A stretch of DNA of 64,000 bases from the human T2T-CHM13v2.0 reference genome, Homo sapiens, in NCBI GenBank assembly GCA_009914755.4, contig CP068257.2, positions 40,128,001-40,192,000 on the forward strand, given 5' to 3'. Under the pieces are notes generated by a model that was given only the letters and a program-made list of their open reading frames with translations, made no database searches and was not told the origin of the DNA. Positions 15,416 through 32,600 of this stretch are shown in pieces. Both the position numbers and the translations under genes were made by a program. Position 1 is the stretch's first letter, and the number at the start of each line of letters is the position of its first letter.

Positions 15416-18400
15416 GCATCACATACTTTCTAGGCAATTCCTCCTCCCCCTGTATGGTTGAATGTAGGAAAAAAATATCTCCCTCCCACGGTTAGTTAAG
15501 GATCAGACTCACTGTTCTAATCTTGCCTGTACAAGTTAGTAGCTCCGTGGCCCTGGACTATTAGCCTCTCTGTGCCTGTTTCCTTTTTTCATAAAAGGAG
15601 GCAATAGCAGTACCCATCCTGTAGCTTTGTTGTGAAAATTAAATGACATCTGAGATCATTAAGAAAGAAAAGAAAAGAAAAGAAAAACGACAGGGGTGCA
15701 GAGATCTCAGCCTGGTGCTTCCCCAGGCCTGCAGCCTTTTCTCCTCCTGTCTTTGTCAGATAGAGCCAGCCACTCCAAACTATACTTGGTGAAAAGAAAA
15801 CGAGCAGAAATTCTCTGTAAAACCTCTGGCAACAAAATGCAAGCTCGGAATTGAGAATTCTAGGAGGGTCACTGACCCTCTATGTTCTCCTCCCTCCATG
15901 TCTCGGACTCCTGGCCGGCTGCATTTCCCCTCCGCCTTTCCTCATCTTCCCACCCAAGCTGCCCCTCACCCCGTGTCCTCAACAGCGAGCTACTGTGGCA
16001 TCCACTCTGACCAGCAAATGCTTCAAGAGTTACAAACACTCTCATCAGCACCCGACTCTGCATCTCCAAGAGCTGAGGGCTCACAGCTGCCCCCAAGCAC
16101 ATGGCCCTTCAACTTCAAGGTCCAGCTGTCAAGACTAAGAAAGCAGCCTGCCGGGGTTTTGCTGCCTCTAAAAGAAAGACACAGCAGAACGTGACCCGCG
16201 TGTGACCCTTTGAAAAGCGTCTGTTTTGGGCTAACTGGACATATAAATGCAGCCTGAGATTTTAAACCAAGTTATTTCATTTTTAAGTTGAAATTGATTC
16301 CAACTAGTATCTTAATATTGGTATTTAGTATATGTAATGTTGAATAATATCAAGCATTAATTTGATACTATTACTTTGTATACTATTTACATTTATCTGC
16401 TTCATGAAGTAGACAGTTGCTGTGATATTTCCAGTTTGAATCGAGCCCTGAGCACTGAGGGAGCCCATCTCAGAGGCGAATGGCAGCACTGGAATGGCAA
16501 CTTAGGATCTAATTGCAGGATTCTGGATTACAGTTTTCCTGCATTGAATAACTGTCTACTGACGACTGCCCAGAAGCCCAGTGGTCAGTCCATGCAAAGC
16601 TTCCACACTTCGTCTTCAGGAACAAAGGCGCTGACTCTCAGAACCCCGACACACACTCCCTGCTGCCCTCTACGCACACCAGTAGCTATTTCACAGAAAA
16701 AATAAGTATGTCACGTAAAGGTATTTTTCGGTTTGTTTTTGGGCTTCTTGATGGTGACTAACATGCCTGATTAAGAAGGACGCCACACAAAAGCAATCTT
16801 TCCTGCGGCCTGTCAGGGTACACAGGGCCCTAAGATGTCCCAGGGGCACCACACAGAGATGTCCTGTCACTTCCTGGCCAGCACCCAGCGTGCCTTCGAC
16901 AGCAGCCTCCCTGAGAAAGCAGTTCCAGGCAGCATCCGCCCCCTGCAGCTGTCCTGAAAGACAGGGAAGCCCTGCTGCCTGCTGCCCCTGCAGGAAGGCC
17001 CAGAGCTCTCTGCGTCTCTTGGGCTGTTTCCTTCACCTAAAGGCTCTGCTGCTGCCTGCCCCGACTCCTGAGGGCAGAAAAGCCCCACCCTGTGTGAAGG
17101 CCCAGCCCCAGGAGCACTCCCACCCCCTCCCACAGGGCCGCCTCTAGGCCCAGCCTGCGGGCCACACACCCTGCCCCCAAGTGACTGCTACGTGCAGTGG
17201 TCATTTGGTTTCTTTCATGTCAAGCACAGTGGCAGGCCAGGTGGAAATCAAGGTCTCTGCTCCGTGACTTACAGCTGGACGATCCTGGCTGCTAATTTAC
17301 TCACTCTAAGCAGAGACTCAGCGAGAACCAGAGGCCACCGTCCACTCTGCACCTCTGCTCTGAGGATGAGGGCAGCTCCCGCAGGTGAAGCCTCTAGCAT
17401 GTCCTTTCCGGTATTCAGTGCACGTTGGACGGCAGAGCTTACTAGTCATTAGGGCCCCAGAGCCTGTGCTACCTAGAAACAAGCCCGTAAATGTTGGCGG
17501 GAATGGGGGGTCCGCATGTGAGGCCCAGCCCTGCCCATCACAGGAAACGGGAATCCCAGGGGTCCCAGAACATAAGCAGATGCGGGAAACCACCAGAGAG
17601 CCCGTTCAAGCCAAGTCATTTGATTTTTGTCTCCATTATCTCAATTTCCTACTTCACTTCGCAGGACGGTGCTTCATCTTCTAGCTGAAATCTTATTACT
17701 GCGCAACACCTACCTAAGAGACAACTTATAATTACTGCCCGAAGTGAAAAATTGACCTCCTCACCACCGCCCTGGCTGAGCAAGGCACGCGAGATGCACT
17801 CGTCCGCAGAGTCTGGGCACAGGGAGCGGCCGTGCGCATGCCATACGAGCCACCGCTCCCGTCCCACCCAAGAGCTCAGGGGCAGGGCCGGGCCCTGAAT
17901 TCAGGTCTCTCCTAATTAATGGTCAGGCCATCAGAGAGGCCTGGAAGTGCTGTGCCACCAGGAACAGTAGCACAGCCAAGCCAGGCAGGGGACTCCTCTG
18001 CTTGTCCCCTGCATGAACTACATGGATCCGGACCATGGCTCTCGGCTCCTTCTCACTCCCAGGGCAGACACCAGTGTCATGTGGACCAGCCTATCACCCT
18101 GGGCCTCCCAAGAGCATGTGAACATCACCACGTGGGGAAAAACTACAACGCGCCAGGTGTAACCACCACATGTCAACGACAGTACAACCCTAGCCACGAA
18201 GGCCATCAAAGGAGATACAAGGAAATACAGCCCTGATGCAAAGGTGATGATGCTAACACCTGCCAAGGCCCAGAGGCAACACTGGTTTTCAGTTACATTA
18301 TCTCTCTTACTTTTCTGTGTTTCAAAAACCTATCAGCGAAGCAAAAGCAAGCTCCATCTCCCAGGCGTTGCACTAACGCAACACGCTGCCACTCCGCACT

Positions 18401-18915
18401 CTACGCAGGGGCAGACAGAGGCAACGAGCCCCTCCTCACAAGCCTCTTTCCACAGCACTTTGAGGACCCCACTGCAGAGGACCCCCACATTCCCACCACC
18501 CCGAGCTCCTGAAAACACTGAGGGAAATGCGTCCCTTTGTTGCAGAGCCTGAGGTCTCGCAAGGACACACCTGGCCCACGGGCTGAATTCTAACCTGATT
18601 TCATAAGACCAAAACCCACAAACCCGTAATCTTTTTCCGGAATGAGTCATATGCCAAGATTTGGGGGAACAGCCCCCATGTTCACCAAGCTACCCTCCAG
18701 CTACATGGCGTGTGGTTTTCATACCAACCAGGACAAGCTTAGGCTCCTGGAGTCCTCATGCTGCAAAAGGCCTCGGTTTCAAGCTCTTTCCTCCAAGAAG
18801 AACCACCTCCTCTTCTGCCCTTGTCCTGACCTCAGGGCTTGACCCCTTGATACCCTGCTCCCCAAGACACAGGCCCTCCCTGCCCAGCTCTCTCGGGCAC
18901 CGTGCGGCCCCCCAC

Positions 18916-19207
18916 CTTGACGTGGTAGTGGGCATCCAGCAGGATGTTCGCGGGCTTGAGGTCCAGGTGCAGGAGTGGCGGGGCCATGCAGTGCAGGAAG
19001 TTCATGCCCACCGCCGTCTCGTGGATGATTCGGAACCGGAGATCCCATGGCAATGGCTCCGAAGCCAGCAGCTTTTCCAGGGAGCCCGTCTCCATGTACT
19101 CCATGACCAGGCCGACAGGTTCGCGGCAGATGCCATACACAGGCAGGATGTAGCGAAACTTGGCCATCTCCATCTTCTTGGCTTCTTCCAAAAGCTCCAT
19201 GCGCTCC
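18916..19207 (-). CDS. RIPK4: RIPK4 coding exon 2 (G completing Arg, then [11 protein letters not shown]...[18 protein letters not shown]; acceptor AG 19209-19208, donor GT 18915-18914)
   Basis: Translation contains the catalytic-loop motif HLDLKPAN. 292 nt keeps frame with exon 1 (phase 2 to 0). Confidence 0.9.
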
Positions 19208-19541
19208 CTGAAAAAGTTCAAAGGCATGAAGAATACGCAATGGTCACTCAGCCACAAACATGGAACAGCACCCTGGCCAGAAGACGACCAGCTCCAGAGG
19301 GCTGAGCAAATGCCTCAAGTGCACACACATGGGGCACACTTCAATGTCACATCATGAATGCAGGGCTTTCCAGAGTCTCAGTCCTGAGGCTGCTGAAATG
19401 TACCTATGCATCACAGGGTTATCACAAGTGAGGAGGAGGGAAATTCTAATCGTTTTACAGGTAGCACTGATAACACATGTGGGGGGTCCACGTGTGTGAA
19501 TAATTCCACAGGCAGCCATGAGCCAAGGCTTGGGGGTCTCA

Positions 19542-21045
<1,504 letters not shown>

Positions 21046-21444
21046 AATAAACTTTTACTGGAAGAAAGTCTCACTCATTCATTTAAACACTGGCTGTGGC
21101 TGCTTTTGCACTTCAAAGGGGAGAGGAGTCCTTGCAACAGAGGCCCTGCGGCCTGCAAAGCCTAAAATGTTGCCTCTCTAGGCCTTCGTGGAGAAAGCTG
21201 ACCAACCTCTGGTCTAAGGTCACTTCCCTGGTGCAGCCTGTGTTTTCACAGACTAGAATCCCAGTGCAATGGTCTGTATTGGCATCATGGGTCAAAAGTC
21301 TCAGAATGCGTTCAGAGTAAGAGGCTGAATCCCACGGACGCACGCTGGCCATGCAGGATCGAGATCAGCAGCCCCAAACACAGACATGGTAGAAAGCACC
21401 CAGGAAGCTGGCTGGAATGCTGGTTCCCAGGCCTCACTCCTTGA

Positions 21445-21775
<331 letters not shown>

Positions 21776-24700
21776 AATCTGCTTTCTAATAATATAATAA
21801 GCTCCCTAAAGGAAATGTTCAGAACCACACTAGGAGAGATCCGACCTCCTATAGCAGGAAACCCAGCAGCTCCATGTCCACACACAGGCCACGCAAGGCA
21901 GCTGGCTGGGGTGGCCTCCAGACAATTCCCCCAGAATCCAGCGTCCAGCCCAAGTCCCTGCCTATAACCCAGTGTCCGCTGCCACAGCAGGGGGCTCTTC
22001 TGGAGCTCGGACACAGGCCTGCTCCTCCCAGTGACAAACCCGGGAGCAGGTGCTGGGAAATCACTCAGTGGCTCCCATTTCCTCGCCTGCTGGTGAATCC
22101 AAAACAGTGCCAACAGAACGCATCCATTTCTTAATGATCTGACCGCCCCTGCGAGAGTTCAGCCCCTCCTAGGCTTCCCTTACCATAGTGAAAACACTTT
22201 CCCTGCAGGAAAGGCCAGCAGGAACCCCTGGATCCTACTGTTTAGCTCTTGCTGTGGAAATTCCCATACATCGGACAGGTACCAAAGGCTCGGAGATCTC
22301 AGCCTGTCTGCCCCCCAACAATGCAAGCCCTGCAGCTAGGGCTCTGCGTCTCAGGACATAGCCCACTGGTTCTCAATTAGAGGCAACTTCACCCCCCAAG
22401 AAACACTGGGCAATGTCTGGAGAGATTCTGGTTGTCACAACTAAAGGATGCTACTGAACATCCTACAATGCATAAGACAGCCCCAAGGCTAAGAATTACT
22501 CAGCCCCAAATGCCAACGGTGCCAAGTTGAATAACCCCGATGTAAATCAAGTGAGTGCATTTTCAGCCAATAAACTACTACTGTCCAGAATCACCACTTC
22601 AGTATTCCCAGCACTCACCTGACCTATATTTTAAGCAGTTCTGTGTATTGGCAAGTGCTCGCTTGAATCCACCATATGTCAGAACTAAGGACAAGAGGTC
22701 CCTTTCCCGCCTTCATGGTGTTTACGTGTACCCTCTAAGGAAGAAGATGGCGAACTACCCCCAAAAGAGAAGTGTGGTTGAAAAATCTAAGCCTCTTGAA
22801 AGGAAGGTCCAGGGAGCTATGGAGAATCAAGAGAGATCCAAAGTCAGAAGTCAGCATAGGAAAGGGCCCCTGAGAGAATCGGGAAGGCTGAGACCTGCGC
22901 AGAGTCCAGGGGCACCCGGGAGGCCAGCAGAGCGGAGCAGTCGCTGTGGATCCCCTTGGGCTTGGCAAAGCAGAGAGGGGAAGCCAGCAGAGCACACACA
23001 CTCTGTTGGAAGAATCTGCAGGATGGGTCCATTGACTGCATGTGGAGGGGAGAAGCTTGCAGGACCTCTCTGGAGCTGCACCAGGGGTCACTAGGCAGCT
23101 CTCTACGGTGGACGCGGGAGCACCCCAGGAGGAGCAGCTGGGGGGTGTGGGGGGTGGGCAGGTCGAGTGTGTCTGAATACACTCAAGGAGCAAAGAATCC
23201 CACTGGCCTTGGGAACAAGTGAAGCAAGTATCAGGAATGAACGTGAAATTATTATGAGACAAAACTTAGGGGAGCACGGCCTGCTTTCCTAGCGCTCTGG
23301 TTAAATGACCAACTAATGGAAAACAAGATGCCCACCAGTGTGCAGTGCTAGCCTGTGGGGGTCCCTGGGCTGAGCTGAAAGCTGCCCCATCACCAGCATA
23401 CCATCGGCTGCTTCCTCCCTCTCCAGGGGAAATCCCTCTCCCTGCAGCCACAGGCTTGGGCCAGGCTCTGGGACCCATCAAGGGATGGGGGGTGCAGATC
23501 AGATCGTGGGACTCTCAACCCTGTCCCCAGTCTCAGTGAGCATTGGGAAAAAAGGAAGACGAGGACCTGATGCCAACGTCAAGCATCAGCTAAAATGAAA
23601 CCGGTCACCAAAGAAGGAAAATGACACCTCTCAGCTCCCAGCCTTTCTCCTCCTCTGGGAACACCGGTTGGCTGAGGCCCTCATTTGTTATTTAAAGGAA
23701 TACCAGCACAACTTCCAACCCGGCAACTGCCACTAACTTCCAAACCATCGGACTGGGACATGGTACCAGCTGCTGCTTCTCTTTTATGTCTTGTTAAGAA
23801 TCAGAGTTATGATTTGTCTGTTTCCGATTGCTCAAATGTGGCCAGCTTGCCGCCCCTCCCCTACCAGTGTGGCCTCCCTCCTCCGGACACTCTGCCCCGG
23901 GGCGCTGGCGAAAGTCCTTCCGTAGGACTCAGACCCACATCCACTGTGCAACCGTGTGAGGCACACCCTCCTCGCCGGAGGGTTTTGAGGAAATGACAAT
24001 TCGGGTGTTTAGAGGCCAGCCATTCGCAAGGGTCATTTTTCCACATTAAGTAGACATTCTGAGAGTGAACTCTCTAAGCCAAAGCTGACTGATAATAAAC
24101 ACGTATTCTGAGAACAATGTCAATCAAAGGAAGGCTGAGTAGCTTATTAAGTGGAAGCTCTGAGCCACTCCACAAATAGTGTTTTCTTTTATTTGCCCAA
24201 AGGGCTTAATACATAAAACCCCGGTGACTTCTGATTGCAGAGTGAGCTCATTGGCGACTCTAACAGCTACGGGCTGGCAGCAGTGCACACCCCTCCCCAG
24301 CGCACCGAGTTCAGCAAGTACTTTACTCTCCCTGCCCCGGGCTCTTTCTGCAGAACGGAGACCCCATTTACCTTACTTTAAAAGAAACAACAAACAAACA
24401 AAAAAGGGCCACTGCTGCTAGTTGGCTCCTGAAAGCGGATCCCGGCTAGAATCTCCTAACGGAGTCCACCCCAGCTTTGCGCAACTGCCTGAAGGGAGCC
24501 CGGCACGACTTCCCCCTTCCATGGGCCACACATTTGAGGGCATTTTCTCGAGGAAAATCAGCTGTCCTGGAAAAAAAAAGTCATTGTTTCCGTGGACAAA
24601 AGTGTTGTGACAGCATGATCCAAACTGGCTTGGGGTAGACAGGATTCCAGCTGAGGAAGGGGGTCCCGGGACCGCCCTGTGGGAGATCTGAGGCCCAGGA

Positions 24701-27700
24701 GTGGGGGTGGGGCGGCTCCCTTGCCTACCAGCCTGGATTTCGCTCAGAAGCACCAGCATGTCCTCAGAAACTTTCCACACTGTTTACCATCCAGTAACCA
24801 CTGGGCCAAAACCCACACGACCCCGCCTTCCAGCCCCTCTCCAGGTGCTCCCTAGGCGCACATCTGGGAAACTCCAGCGGCTTTAGGAAGCTCCAGCCCT
24901 TCTGGGGTCGGGTGTCGCCCGGCGGCATTTGCAATTCAATAAGCCTGAAAGGGCCTCTTTGCAACAAGCTGCAAGAAGAGGCTTTTCTGATCAGGGAGGT
25001 TAAGAAGTGCTCAGGTACTCGAAGCACAGAAAGAACCCACCAATTGCTTTTGAGCAATGGCACTATTTTTTTTAATACATTTTTTTCTCCTAAGCAGTGT
25101 TTCTGGCTTATTTTAATGATTCTGGCTTATTCTGATGACCACACAAAAGGAACTGTAGATTTATTACTATTATCATTATTTTAACACGTGGAGAGATGCC
25201 GAATCCAGCCTAGGTGCTGGGGTGGCGGCCAGGGAGCACAGAACATCACACAGTCACATTCGCACCGTCTCCAAATCGCATTTCTTACTGTTGACAGTGA
25301 AGTCAACGTTTCTGGGTTGACCAGAAGCCCCTCTCGTCGGTGTTAATTAAAACACAACCTAAAAACTGTGCCTTGCTCCAAGCGCAGCTACGCTTAGGCA
25401 CAGTTCAGAGGGGGTGGCATCCTATTCCCCTCTCCTTCGCTGCTGGTGAAAGCGTTGCTAATTCTGCTTCCACGCAGGAACGGGAAAAGCCCCCCCTCCC
25501 CCGCAAAAGTGTCCTGGGTCCTGTTTTGGGTTCCACATGAAAAATCTCTGGGCATTAATTAGGATTAACTTGGGGTTCAACTTTTTAAAGATACGGTGAG
25601 TAGCACTTAGATGAATTCGGTTTTCTCCTCATTTAGGGCTAGCCAAAGTGTATTTCGCCCTCCCAGGGAGGCCAATGGAGTAGCGAGAAATACGAGAAAT
25701 ATCATCACACCAATCATCTCTAAAAGGAACTTCTAAAGAAGTCCCAAGGTTCTTCTCCAGGCTCAGAAATTCCAAAGACCTGTGGACCAGGCCAGCTGCG
25801 GTTTCCCCTGCAAGCACGCATCCTGGAAAGGGGGAAAGAACTGCCCCGGGACATGGTCTTGTGCAAGCGGAGAAGCAATAAACGAAGGGAAAAGTGAGAA
25901 GCAGGGAGGTGGGGGAGACGGTGAGACCGCTCAGGTAACAAAGAGCTCCGAAGGAGAAACCTAGCAACTACCTTCGGGAAAATGCAGCCGGAAAATGTGT
26001 TTCATCATCTGTTAGCTGATGCCTCTCAGCGAGGCCTTCTGCACACCAATCCAATTATGTTCCCAGGGAGCCTCGGAGGGGTTCCCACACGGCTATTTTT
26101 AAAACTGACAAGAAACGGGCTTGTCCAATCGTCAGCTCTGTTGTTACAAACCTGGGGTTTGCTCAGGCTCGCCCCGACCAGCCAGGGCTGAATGTGGCAG
26201 GAGCGTCTCCCAGCCGGCGCCCCGCAGGCACTGGCTTCTTCTGAGCATCCCCTTAGCTGGGGGCTGGTAGGGGAGGAACGGGGCCTTTGGGATCACTTTA
26301 TTCTCTCCAAACTGGTCACAGCACCCATCCCTACACCCCACCCTAGGCCCTGTGACCCCCACAATGAGGGTCAGCCAGGGAGGCCAGCTGCCTCTCCAAA
26401 GCCACCCCACAGGACCCTCCGAGGCACCGAGCCCCATGATGAAGGTAATCTCAGATCAATGGGGTGTCACCTGTGAACTCCCAGGAGGGCCCCCTGGCAG
26501 GCACTTCCTGTCCCTGGGAGCCTCGCTAAGTGTCTGGGGGCTGGGCGGCCCCCCAACCTTTCCTGCACAGAAAAGCAAGCTCACATGGCCTGGCGCAGCC
26601 TGCTCATCAAACAAGCCCCGAGCAGGTGCTGTGGCCAAGGGCCGGCTGAAGGCCTGGCCCAGGGGAGCTGCAGGGAGCCAGGAGACCCCAGACCACCTTG
26701 AGAGGCAAGCAGCGTTGGCCAGTGAAAATCAGCCTCACCTGCACCTGTACCTGTGGTGGCTCCTATGTAACAAGTGGACTAGACCATCACTGACCCCCAG
26801 CAGCCTGGAAGAGGCCCAGACCCGTGTGTCAGGGGTGAGAGGGGCTGTCCCTCCGAGAAGAGAAGCAAGACTTAGGCAGAAGGGGTACAGGGCCGGGGGC
26901 TGCACACAAAGACCCTAGGAGAATCCTATGCCCCAATTCAGGGAACATCTTGCAAATATGAGGGGCTGGGGTGGGAGGCAGCTCGTCAGAAAAGCACTGA
27001 GAAATGTGGCAGGGCAAGTGGCACAGCGACTACTTCAAGGCCTAGGTACAACCTTGTGAGACTGCAATGCAACCAGCTCCTGGAGCACAGTGGGACTGAT
27101 GTACATTCCTAACAAGAACCTCAGGCTCAATACAGTCAATAATTAACCTAAAGGAATCAGCTTCACAAAGAGCCAGGGTTTGACCAACTTCTCAGAAAGA
27201 TCAGCCACTGCTGCACATGGCAAAGCCCCAACCTACTCTACCAGGCCCAGCAGAGCACAGGAGGTGAAATGCTTCCTGCTAGGCGATGCTGACCTCGACC
27301 TAGCCACCTGACATGCCACCACCTGTCTGCTTTGGGCAGGGTAGGAAAGGCTTCCAGTTAAAGTACAAAACACTTTTCAACCAAGCTATGCAATATCCTA
27401 AGTGATCCACCTTAAGTGGAGAAAGCCTCCCTCCAACCAGGCCACCCAAGAAATAAGGGACTGGTCGCTAGAAATAACAGAAGATCCTAAGGATGTGAGC
27501 TGGTGAGTCAGTCCAGGTAGGTGCTTGTTTACTTTGCTCTTCCAATATAAGAAAGTGGTGTGAAAATTTTCGCTGATGATTAAAGCTCACACACATCCCC
27601 AAGAGATAAAACGAATGCCCCTATGGAGAGGGTTCCCTTTCAGAACCTAACCACTGGCTGGTATTCAAAGTGGTTTGGATTTCATCAAAATAACCACAGC

Positions 27701-28539
27701 ACCCCTCCTGGCCTGAGAAGTTCCCAGAATCTGAGGCAGGGGAGAAAAAGTGCACAGCCTGGGCCAGCATCTCACCTTTGAACTAGTGGTGATTTGATGA
27801 CACTCGTCACCACTCTACTGGTGTTTCCAAGAAACACTGGATTTGAGGGTTACGGCAAAAAGCCACCACTATCTCTGCTGTGTAGTCTCCTAGCCAAGGA
27901 CGAAAATGCAAAGGGAGAGGACAGGCCTCTCATCCACAGAGGCGTCACAGTCACGGTATGGGGCTGCAGCACGCACTGCCACCCCAGACACCGGCATCAC
28001 AACGATTCTGCAGAAAAGCTGGGGCTTAGCGGCCCCATCACTCAATCAGCCGAGCATTCGAAACCAGGTCTGCCAGGCAGCAAAGGCTAAATGGTATTTT
28101 AAAAAGGTGTCGCTTCTGAGTGTATGTGTTCAAGGAATCTCTAGGTAAAATACAAGCATAGCTTCCATGTAGAAGGTAAGCTTCATTAAAGGATAAATAA
28201 TTAAAACGTGCTAAATTGAGCCTTACATATGAACCATCAAAATCAACTGTAAACAGTGAAATCTACAACAACAAAGAGGTACTGTTCAAGAACATTCTCC
28301 CTACCTCTCAAATTATGCACAGACGACAACCGACCCACCGAATTTAACACGGGCGGCTCTGCGTCCTTCCCATTCGTCTTTGTTACCTTGAACACTCCTG
28401 CTAGGTAGGTACAGGCAGGTTCCATTCTGACTTTTGGACTGGGAAACTGGGGTGCAGGAGGGCCCCATGGCACGGCCACAGAACTTGAATGCAAGGCCCT
28501 TCCCTAGCGGGTCGGTCTCGAAATTAAGTCAGCTAAAAC

Positions 28540-29650
<1,111 letters not shown>

Positions 29651-32600
29651 GTCTCGACGTGCGCATCAGCTGCCCTGCTTTTCTTTGCTTTTTTTTTTTC
29701 CTTAATTGCGGAGTCACATGCAGTTGTAAGAAATCATTCACTTTGCCTAGTTTCCCCCAGTGTTACCACTTTGCAAAACTTTGCCAAAAAAAAAAGTCCA
29801 ATCTCACAACCAGGATATTGACTTTGATACAGTCACCGATCTTATTCAGTTTTGCCGTTTTACTCGTCTTCCTTTGCATGTATTAGTTTTACACAATGTA
29901 ATCATCTGTGTACCTTCCCGTATCCACCCCCACCTGGCCACTCCTGTGGCGATTTTACAGCCGCACCCCGGAGCCCTGGCATCACTAATCTTTCCTCTAT
30001 TTCTAAAATTGTTTTATTTCAGAAATGTTATGTTTAGATACAGGAATCATACAGCGCCTAATTTTTTGAAATTGGCTTTCTTCACTCGTTAGTCTAATTC
30101 CCTGCAGGTTCACGTCTTGCTTTTTTACACGAGTTTCCTCTCAGAAAGTAACTTTTTTTAAAAAATTACCCAACAGCAAATCTAAAGTCCATTTCAAATG
30201 CAAGAGTTCCCTCATCCTTTCCTAAATAACAGCCTCTTTTTACAGGTAGGACAGATGGTTTGAAAAGGAAAGATTTTTTTTTCACATATGGGGAAAAAAA
30301 ATTCCCAGCCTTGGAAGGATATTTGGGTTAGAGGCCGAAGTGCATCACAGATCACGCACGCGTCCACACCTCAGAAAACACTCACTCATTCCTGAGACGC
30401 AACGGTGAGTGAAGGCTTATTTTTGGCCACAGGAGATTAATAATGAAGACAGGAGGGCGGAGCTAAAGGAGAGGGTATTTTAACGACATTAACTGTGTTT
30501 TTGTGTTAGTAACTCGGAAAGAGAGAGGCTGCCCCAAGTCAGCGCATTGAAAGCCGCAGACCTAGTGTCTCCAGGCTCCCCCTTCCAAACGGGCGCGGAC
30601 CTTCTTTCATAGCCTGTAGCGGGGAGCCGCGTCTCCCCACTGCCTCCCCACTCCCATCCGGCCGCTCTTTGGAGGGAACTCACACATCCCAACATGACGA
30701 TGCTTGCTCGGGGGGCCTCCTGGGGGGACCAGGGAGCCACTTCCTTTCCCACATACTCCGGAAATTAAAGTTGGTCTCCTTAAGGCTGGAGTGGCAAATA
30801 GTTGTTTTAAGCTTGTCACAAATGTAACTTACATTTGGACTAATGTTTTAAAAAATAATTGGAGTTTTGAATCTACGAAGATACCTTGGAAGTAAACATA
30901 GTTATTATTTTGGTGGGAAAAAAATGAATGGACTTGAAAGTGAGTCACCTGTCCTGTTCCCGGGGCTCAGCTCTAGCAAAGTACCTTTCTCCATCTACAG
31001 TCTCCGGCACACAGCTCCGCAGCTGGGGGTGACTAAGAGCCCACACCACGCAAGTAATAAAACGCTCCAATTTCATTTATTTAATCATCTGTGTGCTTCA
31101 TTTGACAAATATTTATGGAGTGTCTGCTGCTAGCTCAGTGCCTGGTGCCTGGGACTGAAGACCAGAGCCCCCTGGAGACCAAAAGAGCCAGCTCCCAGCT
31201 GTGAGCAGATCGGGTCCAAAGATCACGGGCTCGGCGGCAGGAACCTGGTTTGGTATCCGGCTCCTCTGCGGACTTTGAAGTGCTTTACCGATTCACATGA
31301 CAACTGGTAAAACGAAAACAAACACCTTTCCAGGAATTGTGAATTCGAGTTCCAGACCCTCTGGGATTCCGGGAGCGCAGCTGCTATTTATGTTAACAGT
31401 CATTGGTCCCAGGCTGGTGAGGTTAGAATTTCCAAGTATAAAAGTAATTTAGTTTCGTTTTAAATACATTTTAGGGCCAAAGAAAAGTGGAACGATTTAA
31501 AGAAAAAGATGAAATGAATAATAGGGCAAGTTGGGAGGTGGCTGTCCTGAGGTTTCATGGGACAACATTAATTAACCTCATGAAGTGCCTGCATGGACAA
31601 CGTGCCCGGTGTGGTTACAAACAAACCAATCAGCACAGATCCTGGGTGGAAAGCAGGGCGCAGCCACGGAGGCACAGTAGGGGTGCAGACTTGAAGGTTT
31701 TTAGGAGGTAAGCCCCGAGGGCACGAAGCTCCACGGAGAGACTGTTGACCCGCCTGGGAGTGCAGGTGAGGAGGGGAGGGACGACGAGGGGAGACAATGG
31801 GGGGTGGGAGGTGGGAAGGAGGAGTTGGGGAAGGGGGCTGTCTGCTGACATTTGCAAGCCCCCACTCCCCCACTACCCTGTGTTCCTCCTGGCCCCTTCC
31901 CCAGAAGAATTCCAAGCCAGTTTCCTCCTATACTGGATGTCCTGACAGCGAATCTAAATAGGTGATCCCTTGAGCTCCAGGTCCCCAAGCTGTGCCCTTC
32001 TTCATAGGGGGCCATTTAGCACTGACCCACCCAGCAGGCAGCCCAAGGTCCCTGGTCTGGAAGTGCCGGGAAGCTGCCTTTAACATCCTACCGCAGGGAA
32101 CAATGAAGGTTGCCGGCCAGGGAGAAGACAGGATAGAGACGTCTCTGGGTTTGCAGCCAGCCTGCCTCAGATGGGGTCCCAGGCTGTGACCATGGTGCAT
32201 TTGCCTGTCCCTGACATGTGGGATAGAGGGACCTGCTTCGAGATGTCGGTGGGGATCCACGCAGATGATAATTATATGTGTGTGGCACATGCCAGGCCAT
32301 GGGTGAATAGTGAGATTTTCAATTGAGTCATTTTCGTCTTTGTCCTTCTCAGGGTCCTGGAGCAACTCAACCCTTGTAAGTGCATGGCTCAGTGAGATCG
32401 TGGAGCTGACATAGGGCTGACCTGGCTCTCAGAGGCCCCAGAATAAAGCTGGAGCCCCTGGGGTCCACCTGCTGGCATGACCATGGGACAGGGGCGTGGA
32501 GCTGAGCTGGGTCAGCCACCTGGGAACATAGTCCCCTCCCGCCAGGCCTCTGCACCCAGCCTCCTCCCTGCTTGGTAGGCTCCTCCCTCCCCTACAACAG

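Noticed and set aside
22555-23262. Overlapping 179-aa (plus) and 175-aa (minus) ORFs in RIPK4 intron 1
   Set aside because: Long ORFs on both strands at the same locus are a hallmark of composition-driven artefacts. There is no protein-like pattern.
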